64,000 bases of DNA, filler included, from Sanchytrium tribonematis (GCA_018985235.1; 6 parts of 6 records of this genome joined end to end with filler, not necessarily neighbours in it), one strand, 5' to 3'; positions 23,940 through 36,141 are shown, counted from the first letter of the whole stretch. Program-made: numbers and translations. The notes: a model not told the origin generated them from the sequence alone.

Positions 23940-23967
23940 ACCTCCTTTTGTATTTAAATTTTTTTAT

Positions 23968-24504
23968 TCATTCATTAAAATCATCATGCTCGTTATTAAA
24001 ATTGTCAACATGAGTTTTCATCTTTCCATTTCGCCAAGTAATATACTCTTCCATTTCTCGAACTACAAGAAATGCAGGATCTGTTATTGTACTGGGCCCG
24101 ACTCTAACATGACCTTGCATAATGAGTTCGTGAGCATGGCTTATTCTTTCCGCCATTTTAAGATGAACCATGACACATGACAATCTTCTTTTCGCAAGAC
24201 TGCTCACAGATAGCTTTTCTACTTGACTCAGACCATCAAGATCGTGGATTACACCTAACGCATATAATTTCTTTAAAATTCGCATTGTCATATACAATCG
24301 AAAGGGATCGTCTCTATCAAGTGTACTTATTTTGTTGGCAAGATGCTTTAATTGCCCGATAAGTTGGTTATAAAGAATGTATTCTTCTCTGTTCTTCATA
24401 TTAAATCTACGTACAACTGTATTTGAATGCGTTGAGTCCGATTTCCACTCCAAAAAGTTAGTTTTTTTAAGTAGTTTTTGTTCGTGAAATTTGAGTTGTC
24501 TCAT
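23968..24504 (-). CDS. IMP3: U3 snoRNP protein Imp3
   Basis: Starts MRQLKFHEQKLLKK; S4 domain RRL..MAE..QGHVRVGP..DPAFLV. Confidence 0.95.
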   Translation of the reverse strand: MRQLKFHEQKLLKKTNFLEWKSDSTHSNTVVRRFNMKNREEYILYNQLIGQLKHLANKISTLDRDDPFRLYMTMRILKKLYALGVIHDLDGLSQVEKLSVSSLAKRRLSCVMVHLKMAERISHAHELIMQGHVRVGPSTITDPAFLVVREMEEYITWRNGKMKTHVDNFNNEHDDFNE

Positions 24505-24636
24505 AGGATTTGTTTTCTCCTTCCTTTTCAAATAATAATTTCAATCAAATCAAAAATCTGACATCGATGAACACCAGATCCATTCAGTATTTCAATTCTT
24601 GTCAAGTGAATAATTTCGAAAAATTTTGAAACAATA

Positions 24637-25315
24637 ATGATTTTGGCAATATTTGTTCTTGGAATTAAATTTCATCTTAATGTCCCTCCTACTGGTCAAG
24701 AGTATAAGTTTTGTCTTTCAGAATACGTCGCTGACTCTACCAAGGTTCAAGGTGATTTTGATATTCAAAATCAGGCAGAGCAACAAATAGATCTCAAAGT
24801 GTTTGACAGTCCTGTGCAGCCTTTTGAAAATGACAATAATGGGAAAAAAGAAATTCACGATAATGTTTATTATAGCAAAACAGCCATATCCTCAAAAGGA
24901 ACATTTACCTTCACAACTCACAAGTTTGCAAATATATTATTTTGTTTTACAAATCTGTACGCTGGCAACGCGGCAACTAGAAGCACTCTGCACACACCAG
25001 TAACTTTCACCGTCAACACTGGCATGGATATTCATGAGTCATACGCAGAATATGAGGCCAAGGAGAAGTTGAAGCCTATGGAGACTGATCTGAAGAAAAT
25101 TGCTGATATTTCTAAGGAAATTGTGGAACAGCTGGAAGATCTCAAAGTCAAAGAAATGTATCTTAGAGATGTCAATGGTAATTGTTATTAACTTAGAAGA
25201 TGCGTTGCAAAGGGTTACCTCATATTCATTATTTAGTGTAGTCGTGCTTGTGGGAGTCGGAATTTGGCAAGTCTATTACCTCAGAAGTTTCTTTTTATCA
25301 AAAAGAATGATTTAA
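24637..25315 (+). CDS. ERV25: p24 cargo receptor (Erv25/TMED10 family); exons 24637-25177 and 25197-25315 (219 aa)
   Basis: GOLD-domain cysteines, AKEKLKPME, LRDVN|EDALQRV, a TM helix and the YLRSFFLSKRMI tail. Confidence 0.88.
25178..25196 (+). other. 19-nt spliceosomal intron in p24
   Basis: gtaattgttattaacttag; removal restores RDxNE. Confidence 0.93.
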
Positions 25316-25331
25316 AATAAATCGGTCAAAA

Positions 25332-27518
25332 ATGTTTTTCAAAATTGAGGAAAAATTTTATATTTTTAAAAACAAGGAAATTCTGGTTTTAATTTCTAAT
25401 GGTGATCTTTTTGAACAAACTCATTGTCTTAATGTAAAAGACCAATTTCAAAAATGTGTACAGGTACAAAATTCTATCTACTTCACAACAGAAAACAGTT
25501 TTGGCCTTTTTGAATTGCAGAGAGGTGAAATCAAAGAGAAGCGATATGACTTTCCAATAGAAAACTTTTATGTAAATAGCGAGTCTAAATTGATTGTATT
25601 CAGAAAATTGAGAAAATATTCCATTTTCTTTACAAATAACACTGGAAGCTTCAATATCGAGGGACTGGCTGATATCCCTTATCATGTAGATGTATCAAAG
25701 CAAATTTTTGTATATTTTACTCATAAAATACTTATATATGATCTAGATCGAAATCTGGTGGATTCTCAGACTTCTATTGGACTTCAAACAATTCCAAAAA
25801 CGTATTCTATGATCAAGGCAAAAAAAATGTTTGCAATTTCTGAGAATGTTGCCTATGTAACGAAGAATGGTCTTGAATGGGTCGTATATAAACAGAATCT
25901 AGCGACCGACGACTACGATCCAAATTTACAATTTGTGACAAGGGAATATAGAGACTGTTTACTTTGGGGAAACAAGTCAGTCTCTTTCGAATATAGTGTT
26001 GAAGCCATAATTTATTTGAACACCTCCTATATTGTCCTGAGTAGTAATGGAATTTTTGAGTATTCTAGCATAACCAATAGCTTTGATTGCAAATTTGAAT
26101 TTGCAGATCAAAATGATCTGAAGAGAGCCAAGTTGTTTCGAGATCGTATATTGACTCAAGCAGAGCAAAGCTTTTTAGATGTAAATGCTCGTAAACATTA
26201 CATAGAGCGAATAATTGCAGATTTTATTGTTCCATCCGACACCAATTCTTCGAAATACTCTAATGGTTTCTTTAAAAAAGCAATGAATCTGAAAAATTTT
26301 TTGCAGGCTAAGGATACCTTTGAAACAGTAGAAAATTTGACATGTACTAAGCTATATTTGGAACATGAATTGGACAAAAGCAAAATCTCGAGACGATTGA
26401 CTTGGAAAGAGTACAAGTGTCGAATGGATGAGTGTAACCAGTCTAGAGAGCGAATGACTGAACGAATTGAAAAATTAAAGTCTTTGTTGACTGGAGATCA
26501 TAATTCAAAATTCGATGAAATGTTTGACTCTCAGAAAGATTCGCTTGTGGAAGATGAGTTTTCAAAAATGCTTATAGAATCCCAAATATCTCTTGCTACA
26601 AATTGCATGAAGAACTTAGAGGCGGAAGAAATTATGCAGGAAAAAATGTTGCTTTGTGGATTTGAAAAAATTAACAACGAAGTGATATGTCTCGAATACA
26701 ATTCTGAAAGACTAAGACGCATGATAAAGAACTTTCAAGCATTTTCGAGATGCTTTCAAGATTTTCCAATCGAAAAGGTTATTCAATTGATTGCTAAAGG
26801 CAGGCCAAAACTGAAAAATAACAATTTTGTAATGAGCTTGAATTTCTATGACCAATTAGAATATTTTACAAAGCAATTTCAATCGCTTATTTCTAACAAA
26901 GCCTTTCTACTACAAATTGATTCTAATGGTTTCAAAATCGCGAATGTGGGTCAAAAGTTAAACTACCTTCCTGCCGATCAAATTGTTCAAATCCAAAAGC
27001 AAATTCGAAATTTAGAGGATCAATACGGTGCTGATAAGGAAGAAATATTGGGATTAGAGCATAGCATCAATATATTGGACTGGGAATATAAAATTTTGGC
27101 GATATTAAGGGACTCTCTTAAGTCTGATTACGCTGAGTCATCTTCTCTTAAAGCAAAAAGAACAATGATAGCTGGATTTGGGTCGCCCGTAAATATTGCA
27201 AAGGCTACCGTTAGCAACTCTAAACCTGACCAATTACAACTTTGGAAACAATTTTTAAAGCAAGAGAAGAAGAATCTGAAAACTCTGAAACAAACAATTT
27301 CCGAACTTGAACTCAAAAGATCGGTGTATATTGAGCGAGAGCGAAACATTGAAATATTATCGGAGCCTAGCTTGGAAGTGGCACAAGTAAATTTAGGCGA
27401 AAATTATGCATTATTATCCAAATTGAATGAAAGATATGGTGAGTTAGAGTGCCAATTTAATCGTGCAAGACAAAAGTTGACTGAAATAGTAAGGAAAAGT
27501 CGGCCGGTATTTGAATAA
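25332..27518 (+). CDS. Beta-rich plus coiled-coil protein, possibly a highly diverged CFAP43-like flagellar protein
   Basis: 728-aa ORF. IQKQIRNLE..EILGLEHSINILDWEYKIL resembles the CFAP43 C-terminal LNxxIRxLG..KDFRKGIxQLEWEHK pattern. Confidence 0.4.
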   Translation: MFFKIEEKFYIFKNKEILVLISNGDLFEQTHCLNVKDQFQKCVQVQNSIYFTTENSFGLFELQRGEIKEKRYDFPIENFYVNSESKLIVFRKLRKYSIFFTNNTGSFNIEGLADIPYHVDVSKQIFVYFTHKILIYDLDRNLVDSQTSIGLQTIPKTYSMIKAKKMFAISENVAYVTKNGLEWVVYKQNLATDDYDPNLQFVTREYRDCLLWGNKSVSFEYSVEAIIYLNTSYIVLSSNGIFEYSSITNSFDCKFEFADQNDLKRAKLFRDRILTQAEQSFLDVNARKHYIERIIADFIVPSDTNSSKYSNGFFKKAMNLKNFLQAKDTFETVENLTCTKLYLEHELDKSKISRRLTWKEYKCRMDECNQSRERMTERIEKLKSLLTGDHNSKFDEMFDSQKDSLVEDEFSKMLIESQISLATNCMKNLEAEEIMQEKMLLCGFEKINNEVICLEYNSERLRRMIKNFQAFSRCFQDFPIEKVIQLIAKGRPKLKNNNFVMSLNFYDQLEYFTKQFQSLISNKAFLLQIDSNGFKIANVGQKLNYLPADQIVQIQKQIRNLEDQYGADKEEILGLEHSINILDWEYKILAILRDSLKSDYAESSSLKAKRTMIAGFGSPVNIAKATVSNSKPDQLQLWKQFLKQEKKNLKTLKQTISELELKRSVYIERERNIEILSEPSLEVAQVNLGENYALLSKLNERYGELECQFNRARQKLTEIVRKSRPVFE

Positions 27519-27553
27519 ATTCGAAAATAAATTTTTTAGATTTCAAGCCTCAA

Positions 27554-28330
27554 ATGTCAAATCAAATTGTTGAAGACTGGGCAGCAAGAGAAAAATACGA
27601 GTTCGCGTCCCAAGTACTTCAAAGAACTGCTAATTTTATTAATTCTTTAGAATTACAAGTTACCGAGCATTATAATGAAATAGAAACACAATTAGAATTT
27701 CTTGCGAGAAGAATAACATTTCTTGAAGGGCAAGCTAAACTGTCAGAACTAGTAAATGAAGAGATTGTTGAACAACCAAATGATATCGGGAAATCGCAAG
27801 ACAAAATGAACGATGAAAAAACCACAAAATTAAATGCGAACGAAATATTAAATGTAGCTTTAAAGAAAGTACAAAAGGAAGGCAGCGGATCAAATTCTAA
27901 GACCAATACATTAAAATCTATTCCAGCACCAAATTTTAATCAGCCTCTGCCTCCGCCACCTGCATTTGATATTCCTCCTGTTTTCGACAATTCAATGCCT
28001 AACCAGAGTTATGGTGGCTATCAGCAATTCCAAGATCCAAGCTACCCACCAGTCTTTGACGGATTTGGAGGAGTTCCACCACCACCGGCATTTGGGGATT
28101 TCAATTCAATTCCAAATCCACCAGTTTTCGAAAATTATGGGGCCCCACCTTCGTTTGATAATTTCCAGATCCCACAGCCACCAGGATTTGATCAATACAA
28201 CCAGCAATACATTCCTGACCCGCCAAGTTTTGAAAACAATTATGCCTATCCTCAAGGACAATTTAGTGCACCAGTCCCCCCACCTCCTGCTTTCAACAAC
28301 ATGCCTCCACCTCCTCCGCCACCTTTTTGA
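27554..28330 (+). CDS. BRK1: BRK1/HSPC300 (WAVE complex) domain fused to a WH2-like motif and a proline-rich tail
   Basis: DWAARE..ANFINS..LARRITFLE matches BRK1 DWANRE..ADFLNS..LERRIEYIE; followed by EILNVALKKV and repeated PPPxF/PPxFD units. Confidence 0.75.
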   Translation: MSNQIVEDWAAREKYEFASQVLQRTANFINSLELQVTEHYNEIETQLEFLARRITFLEGQAKLSELVNEEIVEQPNDIGKSQDKMNDEKTTKLNANEILNVALKKVQKEGSGSNSKTNTLKSIPAPNFNQPLPPPPAFDIPPVFDNSMPNQSYGGYQQFQDPSYPPVFDGFGGVPPPPAFGDFNSIPNPPVFENYGAPPSFDNFQIPQPPGFDQYNQQYIPDPPSFENNYAYPQGQFSAPVPPPPAFNNMPPPPPPPF

Positions 28331-28423
28331 TAAATCGTGAGTAAATATTGATATACTGTATTTTTTGCAACTTGTTATTGACCGTAAAAGAGGCAGTTTC
28401 CACCTAAAGATGAATTGTGAAAC

Positions 28424-28909
28424 ATGAGCTTCCTTTTAGCCCTAGATTTTGCTGCAAAAAAACATAAAACTCAGAGACGAAAAGATGAGATAACACCTTA
28501 CATTAATCACCCTATTGGTGTTTGCCTCATAATCGAGGAAGCAGGTATTAATGATCAAGATATAATGAAAGCCGCAATTTTGCATGACGTCTTAGAAGAT
28601 ACAGACTCTTCATATGAAGAATTGCAGACATTATTCGGAGATAAAGTGGCGAATCTTGTTAAAAGTGTTACTGATGACACTAGCCTGCCGTCTGACGAAC
28701 GAAAAGCTGGTCAGATATTAAAAATGAAAACTGCTTCGAATGAAAGTAAGATAATTAAGATGGCAGATCGTATTTATAATCTGAGAGATATGAAAATCTG
28801 GGATAAGGAAAAACAAAATCGATATAAATTATGGGGCAGACGGCTACTGGAAGTCTGTGTTGGAACTAACGATAAGCTAGAATGCTGGCTTGAATTGGAA
28901 TGCAAATAA
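28424..28909 (+). CDS. HD-domain (p)ppGpp hydrolase, MESH1/HDDC3-like
   Basis: FAAKKHKTQRRKD, PYINHP, AAILHDVLEDT, VTDD and KMADRIYNLRD. Confidence 0.9.
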   Translation: MSFLLALDFAAKKHKTQRRKDEITPYINHPIGVCLIIEEAGINDQDIMKAAILHDVLEDTDSSYEELQTLFGDKVANLVKSVTDDTSLPSDERKAGQILKMKTASNESKIIKMADRIYNLRDMKIWDKEKQNRYKLWGRRLLEVCVGTNDKLECWLELECK

Positions 28910-28948
28910 AACATTAAGAATTCAATTAAGGATTTCTCCTTGTTGTGA

Positions 28949-31687
28949 ATGCCAACTTTGGATGTTCATTGTAGAAATTGTGGTACACATCTGACAACGA
29001 ATGAAAGTCTCTTCTTTTTAAACAAGTCTCCGTGTGAGCTTGTTGTCAATTTGGACCAAAATTACAGCCTAGATACCAAGACGAATGAGTTCAATTTTAA
29101 ATGCACTCAATGTAAATTCACACTTGGGTCATATTCTGGGAACCATGGTAACTTTGATGTAGAAACCATTAGTGGTACATTGGATGGTTTTGAGATCAAA
29201 GGAAATATGCAGGATTGGAGGAAATATTGTACGAGTGTGGAAGTCAAGGAGCCTGAGGATGACGGAAAATTACAATGTAACAAGTGTGGCATTATAATTA
29301 TTTCGACTTATAAATTGTCATTTTTCGTAGAATCTCAAACTACAGTCAGGCTTGTGTTGAATCCTAAAGTACAAGAAGTAGTATTGAGTTCAAATGAATT
29401 GAACATCAAGCCTTCCAAAGACAATATGAATATATCGAATGTTTATTGCAAAAATATGGACTGGATTGGATTAGCTAGACCGTTGGAAGAATCTAGTAAC
29501 TTTAATTATGTACAGTTCGAACACAGCAAGACCTCTCTTTATATGTATGGGAAGAGACAAATTGAAAGGTATAACAAAATGTACAAATATTTGGGACTCG
29601 AAAAAATTTATAGTAACAAATTGCGTAAAATATCCAATTCCAGGTTTGAAATGCTGCCTATTAATTTGCCTTCTCACGATGAACTTTGTAAACTCATTCA
29701 GCATTACAATTTAACAAAAACCAAACCATATGACTTTCAAGTTGAAATGCTATATTATGCAGTTTTTTCCAATACCATTATTCACCTTATCACTGGCGCT
29801 GGTAAAACTCTTGTTAGTTCTATGGTTATCAAAATACTTCACAATCTTAATCCAGATAGATTATGTGTCGTTGTGGAACCCACTGTTCCTCTGGTTGGTC
29901 AACAAGCATCTTATTATGAAAAAGAGTTGGGACTTAAAGTTGTCAAGTTGTACGGTGAAATCAAAGACAAAGAGAGAGAGAATATATGGTTACAAGGCAA
30001 AAATAATTGTGATATTTTAGTTGTAACTCCCAAACTTTTTCAAGATTTAATTGAATCGACAAAACTTACCTTCGGTCAAATCGCAGCTATCATCATTGAC
30101 GAATGTCACAACGTGGTAGGAGGTCATCCAATCAATCAAATTCTTGAAAATTATTATAGTGTATTAGAAGCTGATGTTAGACCTAGATTAATAGGGTTGA
30201 CTGCTTCGCCGGTTAATGCTGTAGATGAAAGAACAGTCGTTAGTTCCAAATTAGAAAATTTACAACGAACATTCTGCGGAAAGGTTGTCACTCCTATGGA
30301 ATGTAATATGATGAGAATTCTAGACGTTGCCGAAATGATTGTGGAGCCAATACTAAATTATCAGTTAGATGAAGTATTCCCAAAGTTGTTAGATACTTTT
30401 CTAGAGTCTATTGCCACTCTTTTACTAATTAAAAAAGGTTTAGAACCTCTAAAGAAAAATCCAAACTGGATATCGTTCTACTCAAATAGGCACCTAATTT
30501 ATGAAACTGATTTTAAATTGAAGGAATTTTGCCTAAATTTGATTCAAGCTTTGGATATAAATTACGTTTTGGGACCGTATGCTACTGCGACTGCTATTTT
30601 AAAACTGCTAGACACTTTCGAAATTAATTCGCTAGAAAACAATATCATTTGCATAATTGATGAGTTTATAAACAATTTAAAATCTCTAGTTTCACGTTAT
30701 CAGAATTGTGGTTATTCTCAAAGATCCAATTGCCTGATTAATTTACTAGAGCAATTTATCTCATCTTCTAATGCGTATGAAATAAGCCAGACAAGAATAT
30801 TAATCTTTACTGATAAAAAGATATATTCTCGCTTTTTATATCGAGCCCTAAATGAGAACAACATACTTAAAAATTACAATCCTACCTTCATTGTGGGACA
30901 AGGTGGAAATGGTAAAATGAATTGGGAAAAAGATCAAAAACATATATTGAAGAATTTTGAAAATGGAGTGTCCAAAATTTTGATTAGTACTTCTGTCCTT
31001 GAGGAGGGTTTAGATATATCACAATGCAGCCATGTAATATTATTCAGCGATGAGTCTATAAATCATTTGAGAATGATTCAAATGAGAGGAAGGGCTCGTA
31101 AATCGGAAGGAAAATTCATCATTTTATCTAATCCAAATAATATCGAAGCTATTGTTAAACGAACCATTAAAGACTTGTCTAAAGAATGGAAGAATGTCAA
31201 ACTAGATATTAAATTAATAGAATTTATCTCCAAGTTTAAATCCTCAAAAATAATAATACCGCAAGCCCCACATGAAAAACCATGCCTGAATGAAATTAGA
31301 TTTGATTTTTTGACAGACGAGTATACTGATGATGACTTGGACAATCTAATATCACTGTTGGGCAAATCAGATATAAAGTGTGAGAATTTTGTTATATCGT
31401 CCTCTCAGACTCATACTGAGCTACTATTTAATCTATCTGAAGCCTTGGCTTCTACCCTACCTTCTCTCTGTTGGAAAATTAGACCCAGCAATATTGACTT
31501 CAAGCCAGCAGTCGATCATATTCTTTTCTCCGTCAACCAGGTTTCTAGAGGATTTTCTGTAGACAAAACTCAATTTTGTTGTATAGATTCTACTCATCCG
31601 GAAAAAATCAAAATACTGGATTTTAATTTGAACGAACTTTCTTTGGAATTTCCCTACAAAACATGTATGGCAAAAGCACACTTTCAG
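28949..31687 (+). CDS. Dicer/RIG-I-like DExD/H helicase with two N-terminal Cys-rich domains; 3' truncated at the contig end
   Basis: TGAGKT, DECH, GLTASP, TSVLEEGLD and QMRGRAR; N-terminal CRNC..CTQC and CNKC..C. Confidence 0.85.
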
Positions 31688-31787
31688 NNNNNNNNNNNNN
31701 NNNNNNNNNNNNNNNNNNNNNNNNNNNNNNNTTAATTAATTAANNNNNNNNNNNNNNNNNNNNNNNNNNNNNNNNNNNNNNNNNNNN
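31688..31787. other. Artificial contig-joining spacer
   Basis: 44 N, then TTAATTAATTAA (stops in all six frames), then 44 N. Confidence 0.98.
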
Positions 31788-34700
31788 CTGAAGACGAAGA
31801 AGGCGCTCTCTCAAATCGTTAGAGGATTTTTTGTCTGCTTTAGACGTAGTTTCCGCAGGAGTTATATCTTCCTCGGCTTTTGAGGATTCGCGATCTTCTG
31901 ATTCCTTTTCTTCCAAATCAGCTGACTGCAAATCTTCTTTTATGGAAGGATCCTTCTCATCTTGCGACCTTGAGACTTCCTCCTCGACATCTTCGTTTTC
32001 ATCATGGCTTTCACGCGCCTGTGGCTCATTCTGAGTTTCAATGATTTCCACATGAGCTGAAGCCTCTTCTGTCTCGCTGACAATTTCTTTGCCCAAGCTG
32101 ATTGTAGGAGATTTCAAGTTGGGAGATTCAGGTTCAGGTGTTTCCACTGCAGGAGAGGGCTTTACCACTTTGATTTTTTCTTCAAGATCTCTGACTTTTT
32201 TCTCTGCATTAACTTTTGCTATTCGAACACCTCCCAGTTCTTCCCTCAAGTCTTCAATCTCGTGGATCAGAGCTTTATTTTTGTTTTGCATGTTTTGAAG
32301 CATAGCACCACTGTTTTTGATTTTTTTTGAGAGATCATTCTTCTCGTACGTTATACTTTCAAATTTTTTTTGGATGTCCTCATACTTGTGTCTCAATTCA
32401 TTCAAGTCTTCTTTCTGTGACTCTTGTGGATTATTTTTCACCAAGTAGCTCCTTGATCGATATTCCTGAATTTGAGACTGTAACTCTGTCACTTGGTTTT
32501 GGTATTCTTCTAATTGCTGTTGCAATTTCCGTTCCATGCGAGGAACATTGAGAAGTTGATTTTCAAGCTCCAGTATTTTGTTTCTCTGTTGATGCATGTC
32601 ATGGGTGAGTTTTTGCTTATCATTTCTGAGAGATTGATTCGCATCCATAAGACTGGAATTTAATTCAAATTTGACGGGTGGTAAGATTTCCGGAGCTTTG
32701 TTGCGAAGATTTTTCACTTCCATCTGAAGAGTATCATTTTGATTCCTCAAGAGCTTGATAATATCATTTTCATTATTGTTTTTCAAAATTGTATCTAATT
32801 GAAAAATTTGAGTGTTTTTCTCCTGAATTTCAGTTTCCAATGTAGTAATCTTGGCATTCAGTTTGTTTAAATTTGATTTCAGGCTTAAAGATTCACTTTG
32901 TAATTTTTTGTTCAACTCTAACTCTTTCGCCAACTGCATTATATGTTGACGATTTTGATCGTTTGAATTTTGCAAGTCAAGCTTAAGAGAGTCAATCATT
33001 CCAATATTATCATTAAGTTGCTGCTGTATGGATTTGATTGTGAGTTCAAAATGGGATTTTTCGCTTCGCAACATCGAAATAGTTGCTTTTGATTCGTTTT
33101 CCTTTGAATTTTTTTCAGTTACTAATTTCTTCAATAGATTTTGCTGACTTTCCAAATCAGCCATTGCTTTTGAATGTTGATTTGAAAGGGTATCATTTTC
33201 TACTGTCAATTCATCAATGTTTTTCTGTAAAGTTGCCTTAATTTGGTCGAAATGTTTCGAAAGCTGGTCTTGAGTGGTGGATTGATCGGTCAATAACTTT
33301 TGAAGTTCATCGACCTCGTTTTGTCTCTGCTTTAAAGTAGCTCGAACCTCATTCACTTCACTTCTACGTTATAATGGAATACCTTTTAATTTCTAACAAA
33401 GCATCATATTTCTCTTGAATTGTAGCATCCTCTGAATCTGCCAGCATCTTGACTTTTTCCTCCGCAGCGTACAGATCATTACTTAATCGAGAATTAGTAG
33501 TTTGTAGATCCTCTTTTTCAGACTGTAGCTGAAGATATTTCATTTGCTTTGCCTGCAGTTCATTGTTAAGTTGCTGATATTGTGAATTCACCTTATTCAA
33601 TTGCTGTTTTAACTTAACATGATCCTGTAGCACCTGACTATTAATAGAGTCTTTTTCTGTTTGTAATACATTAAGTTTAGTTAAAAGCTCTTTTCTAGTT
33701 TCACTAATTTCAATATCTTTCTTCTCTAACTTGCTTTTCAATTGATTAAGCAATTGATTTTGCTCATTGTCTTTCATTTTCATAGATTTCTGGTATTGTA
33801 ATAGCTCTTGATTTTTTTGCTGAATTTCATTCGTCAAGGATTCATAATGTTTAACTCTGTTTTCCAGATTTGTTATTTCCAACTGGAGATCAATATTTAA
33901 TTGCTTCAAATGCGAAAATTGAGTCAGCTCATCTTCAAATTGGTCTTTTTGAGTTTTTGAATGTTCTTGTAATTCGATTTGGTGATCTAGCAACTCCTTT
34001 ATTTGTTGGTCCTTTTGTTTATTAATGTTTTGCAAACTTTTAAGATTTACGACAGTGCTATCATAAGATGTTTGCATTGTTTGTTTTTCCAGCATCAACA
34101 GCTGCAATTTGTGGTCTTTCGCCTTCAATTCTCTATCATGTATATGTTGCAATTCTGTGACCTGTTGAGTGGTTGTCTGCAATTGCGATTGCAAATTTTG
34201 AAGCTCTTCATTGTTTTTTAGCTTTTCATTTAATAATTTTAAATCTTTTAGTTCTTTGGAAATTGAAATATTGATATTTTTAAGCTCGGAATAGCTCGTG
34301 TTAAAATTTTCGACTTGAGCCCGCAGATCATTGATGATTTTCTCGTATTTGACCATTTTTTCTTTAGGATTGCCACCATATTGTTGCTGCAAGTTAGAGA
34401 CTTTTTCATTTAATTTGTACAATGTCGAGATAAGATTTTGATTTTGATCTTGTAATTCTTTGATATTTTCAAACGTAATTAAATCTAACTTATTTAAGCT
34501 GCTATCTTCATGCTCCATTGTTTGATATTTGACCATAGAAGGATGATTAGTGGATGAATGAGTAGTATTGAGCAAATGTTGTACTTGAAGACCAAGATCT
34601 GTATTTAACTTCTTCAAAACAACGTAATTACTTTGCAACTTGTTTAATTCCAAATCACGAGTATGACAAGCTCGCTGAAGAGAATCTGATTCTTTTTGCT

Positions 34701-35982
34701 TCTGCTTCAAATCATTTTCCAGCTTGTCGACTTGATTTAATATCTCATTGAATTCATCTCTACTCTTGAAGTATTTTGGAACTCGGTCTTCGTCGATTTC
34801 CTTTTTGTATTGTTGCAATAATTGACTTAATTGAACAACTTCCGCGTCTTTACGTTGTAAATTAATCTTTAAGGTATTTCTTTCGTGAACAACTTCTTGA
34901 ATGCTTTCAGAAATATTATTTGTCGCCTGTAATACATCAATTTGATGTCGAGCTTGATGTAACTCTTTTTTGGTATCTTCTAACTCAATTTGACTATTTT
35001 TTATGGCTTCTTCATAATTTTTAGACTGTTCAAAAATATGATTGCTAGCCTCGCTGTAATCTTTTTCATACTTTTTTATCAAATCTTCTAAAATTTGGAT
35101 ACGTTCCTCTCTTTTCTGTGTCAAGCTTGACATATTTGACTCTTCTTTCTGAAATTGTTCTAATTGTTGCTGTTGTTGACGCTTCAATTGTGAGTTTTCT
35201 TGTTTTATGCTATCTAGCTCTCCCATGTACTCATTAACTTTTGTCGACAAAACTTGAATCTCTAATTTATACCTTTGCTCTCCATGCTTGGCTTCATTGT
35301 AGTAGGAATTCTTAATTTGATCCTTAGATTTTAAATATTGTTCAGAGAGGGATTTAAATTTGGCTTCAATATTAGCTTTCTGTTCTTTATACAGGGCGCA
35401 TTCAGATTTGAGGGAGTTGATCGTATGTTGCGTAACTGGATCTTCGACATCTTCTGCCTTGGTTTCCAATTCCTCCAGTATTTCTTCATATGCTTTTCGA
35501 ATTTCTTGAAGTTCCAGATTGATAATTTTGTTTTCATTCTGTAATTTCATTTTATCACTATTCAAAGTTATAATTCTAGAACTTTGTTGAGTAATTTGAT
35601 CTGTCAGTCGACTAATTTGATCTTGCTGGTTCCCCAATTGAGTTCCAAATTGCTCTAGTATGGTAGAATGATCTGCATACGAGGCATTTTCTTCAAAAAC
35701 ATCATCCAAGACTTGATTCGACTCAGATTCAGCCTCAGACTGGTCAACAGCATCAGGTTCATTTTCTTGCACCATTTCATCATCAACCAATTTATCTTCC
35801 TCTAGACTAGCTCCTGCGGAATTATAGTCGTCAATCACTGATTCCATATCTGGTGTATCAATGTATTCACCTGGAACATCATTTTCTAATTTCTCGTCTT
35901 CATCCTCTTCCAAAATAGACAATTCTATTTTCTCTGTCACATCTTGCCGCATTTCCGGTTCATCGTAAGAGTTGACATCCAT
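31788..35982 (-). CDS. Long coiled-coil protein, TPR/Mlp1 nuclear-basket-like; exons 35982-33383 and 33363-<31788, 3' truncated
   Basis: DLGLQVQHLL and LITFENIKELQDQNQNL match TPR/Mlp1 blocks; a 19-nt intron fuses the two ORFs in frame. Confidence 0.7.
33364..33382 (-). other. 19-nt spliceosomal intron
   Basis: gtattccattataacgtag; removal joins IKR|SEVNEVR in frame. Confidence 0.88.
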
Positions 35983-36141
35983 ATTGTTGACTGTTTCAAA
36001 AAGGAGATTTTGCAAATTGTAAATGAGAATGGAAATTAATTTATTCGAATTTCAAATTATAAATAAATTCAAGTGTTATTGAAGCTTGGCCAATGCAAAT
36101 AAACCGTTAATTTCTTTGCAATTTCAATCCCTTGTAACAAG

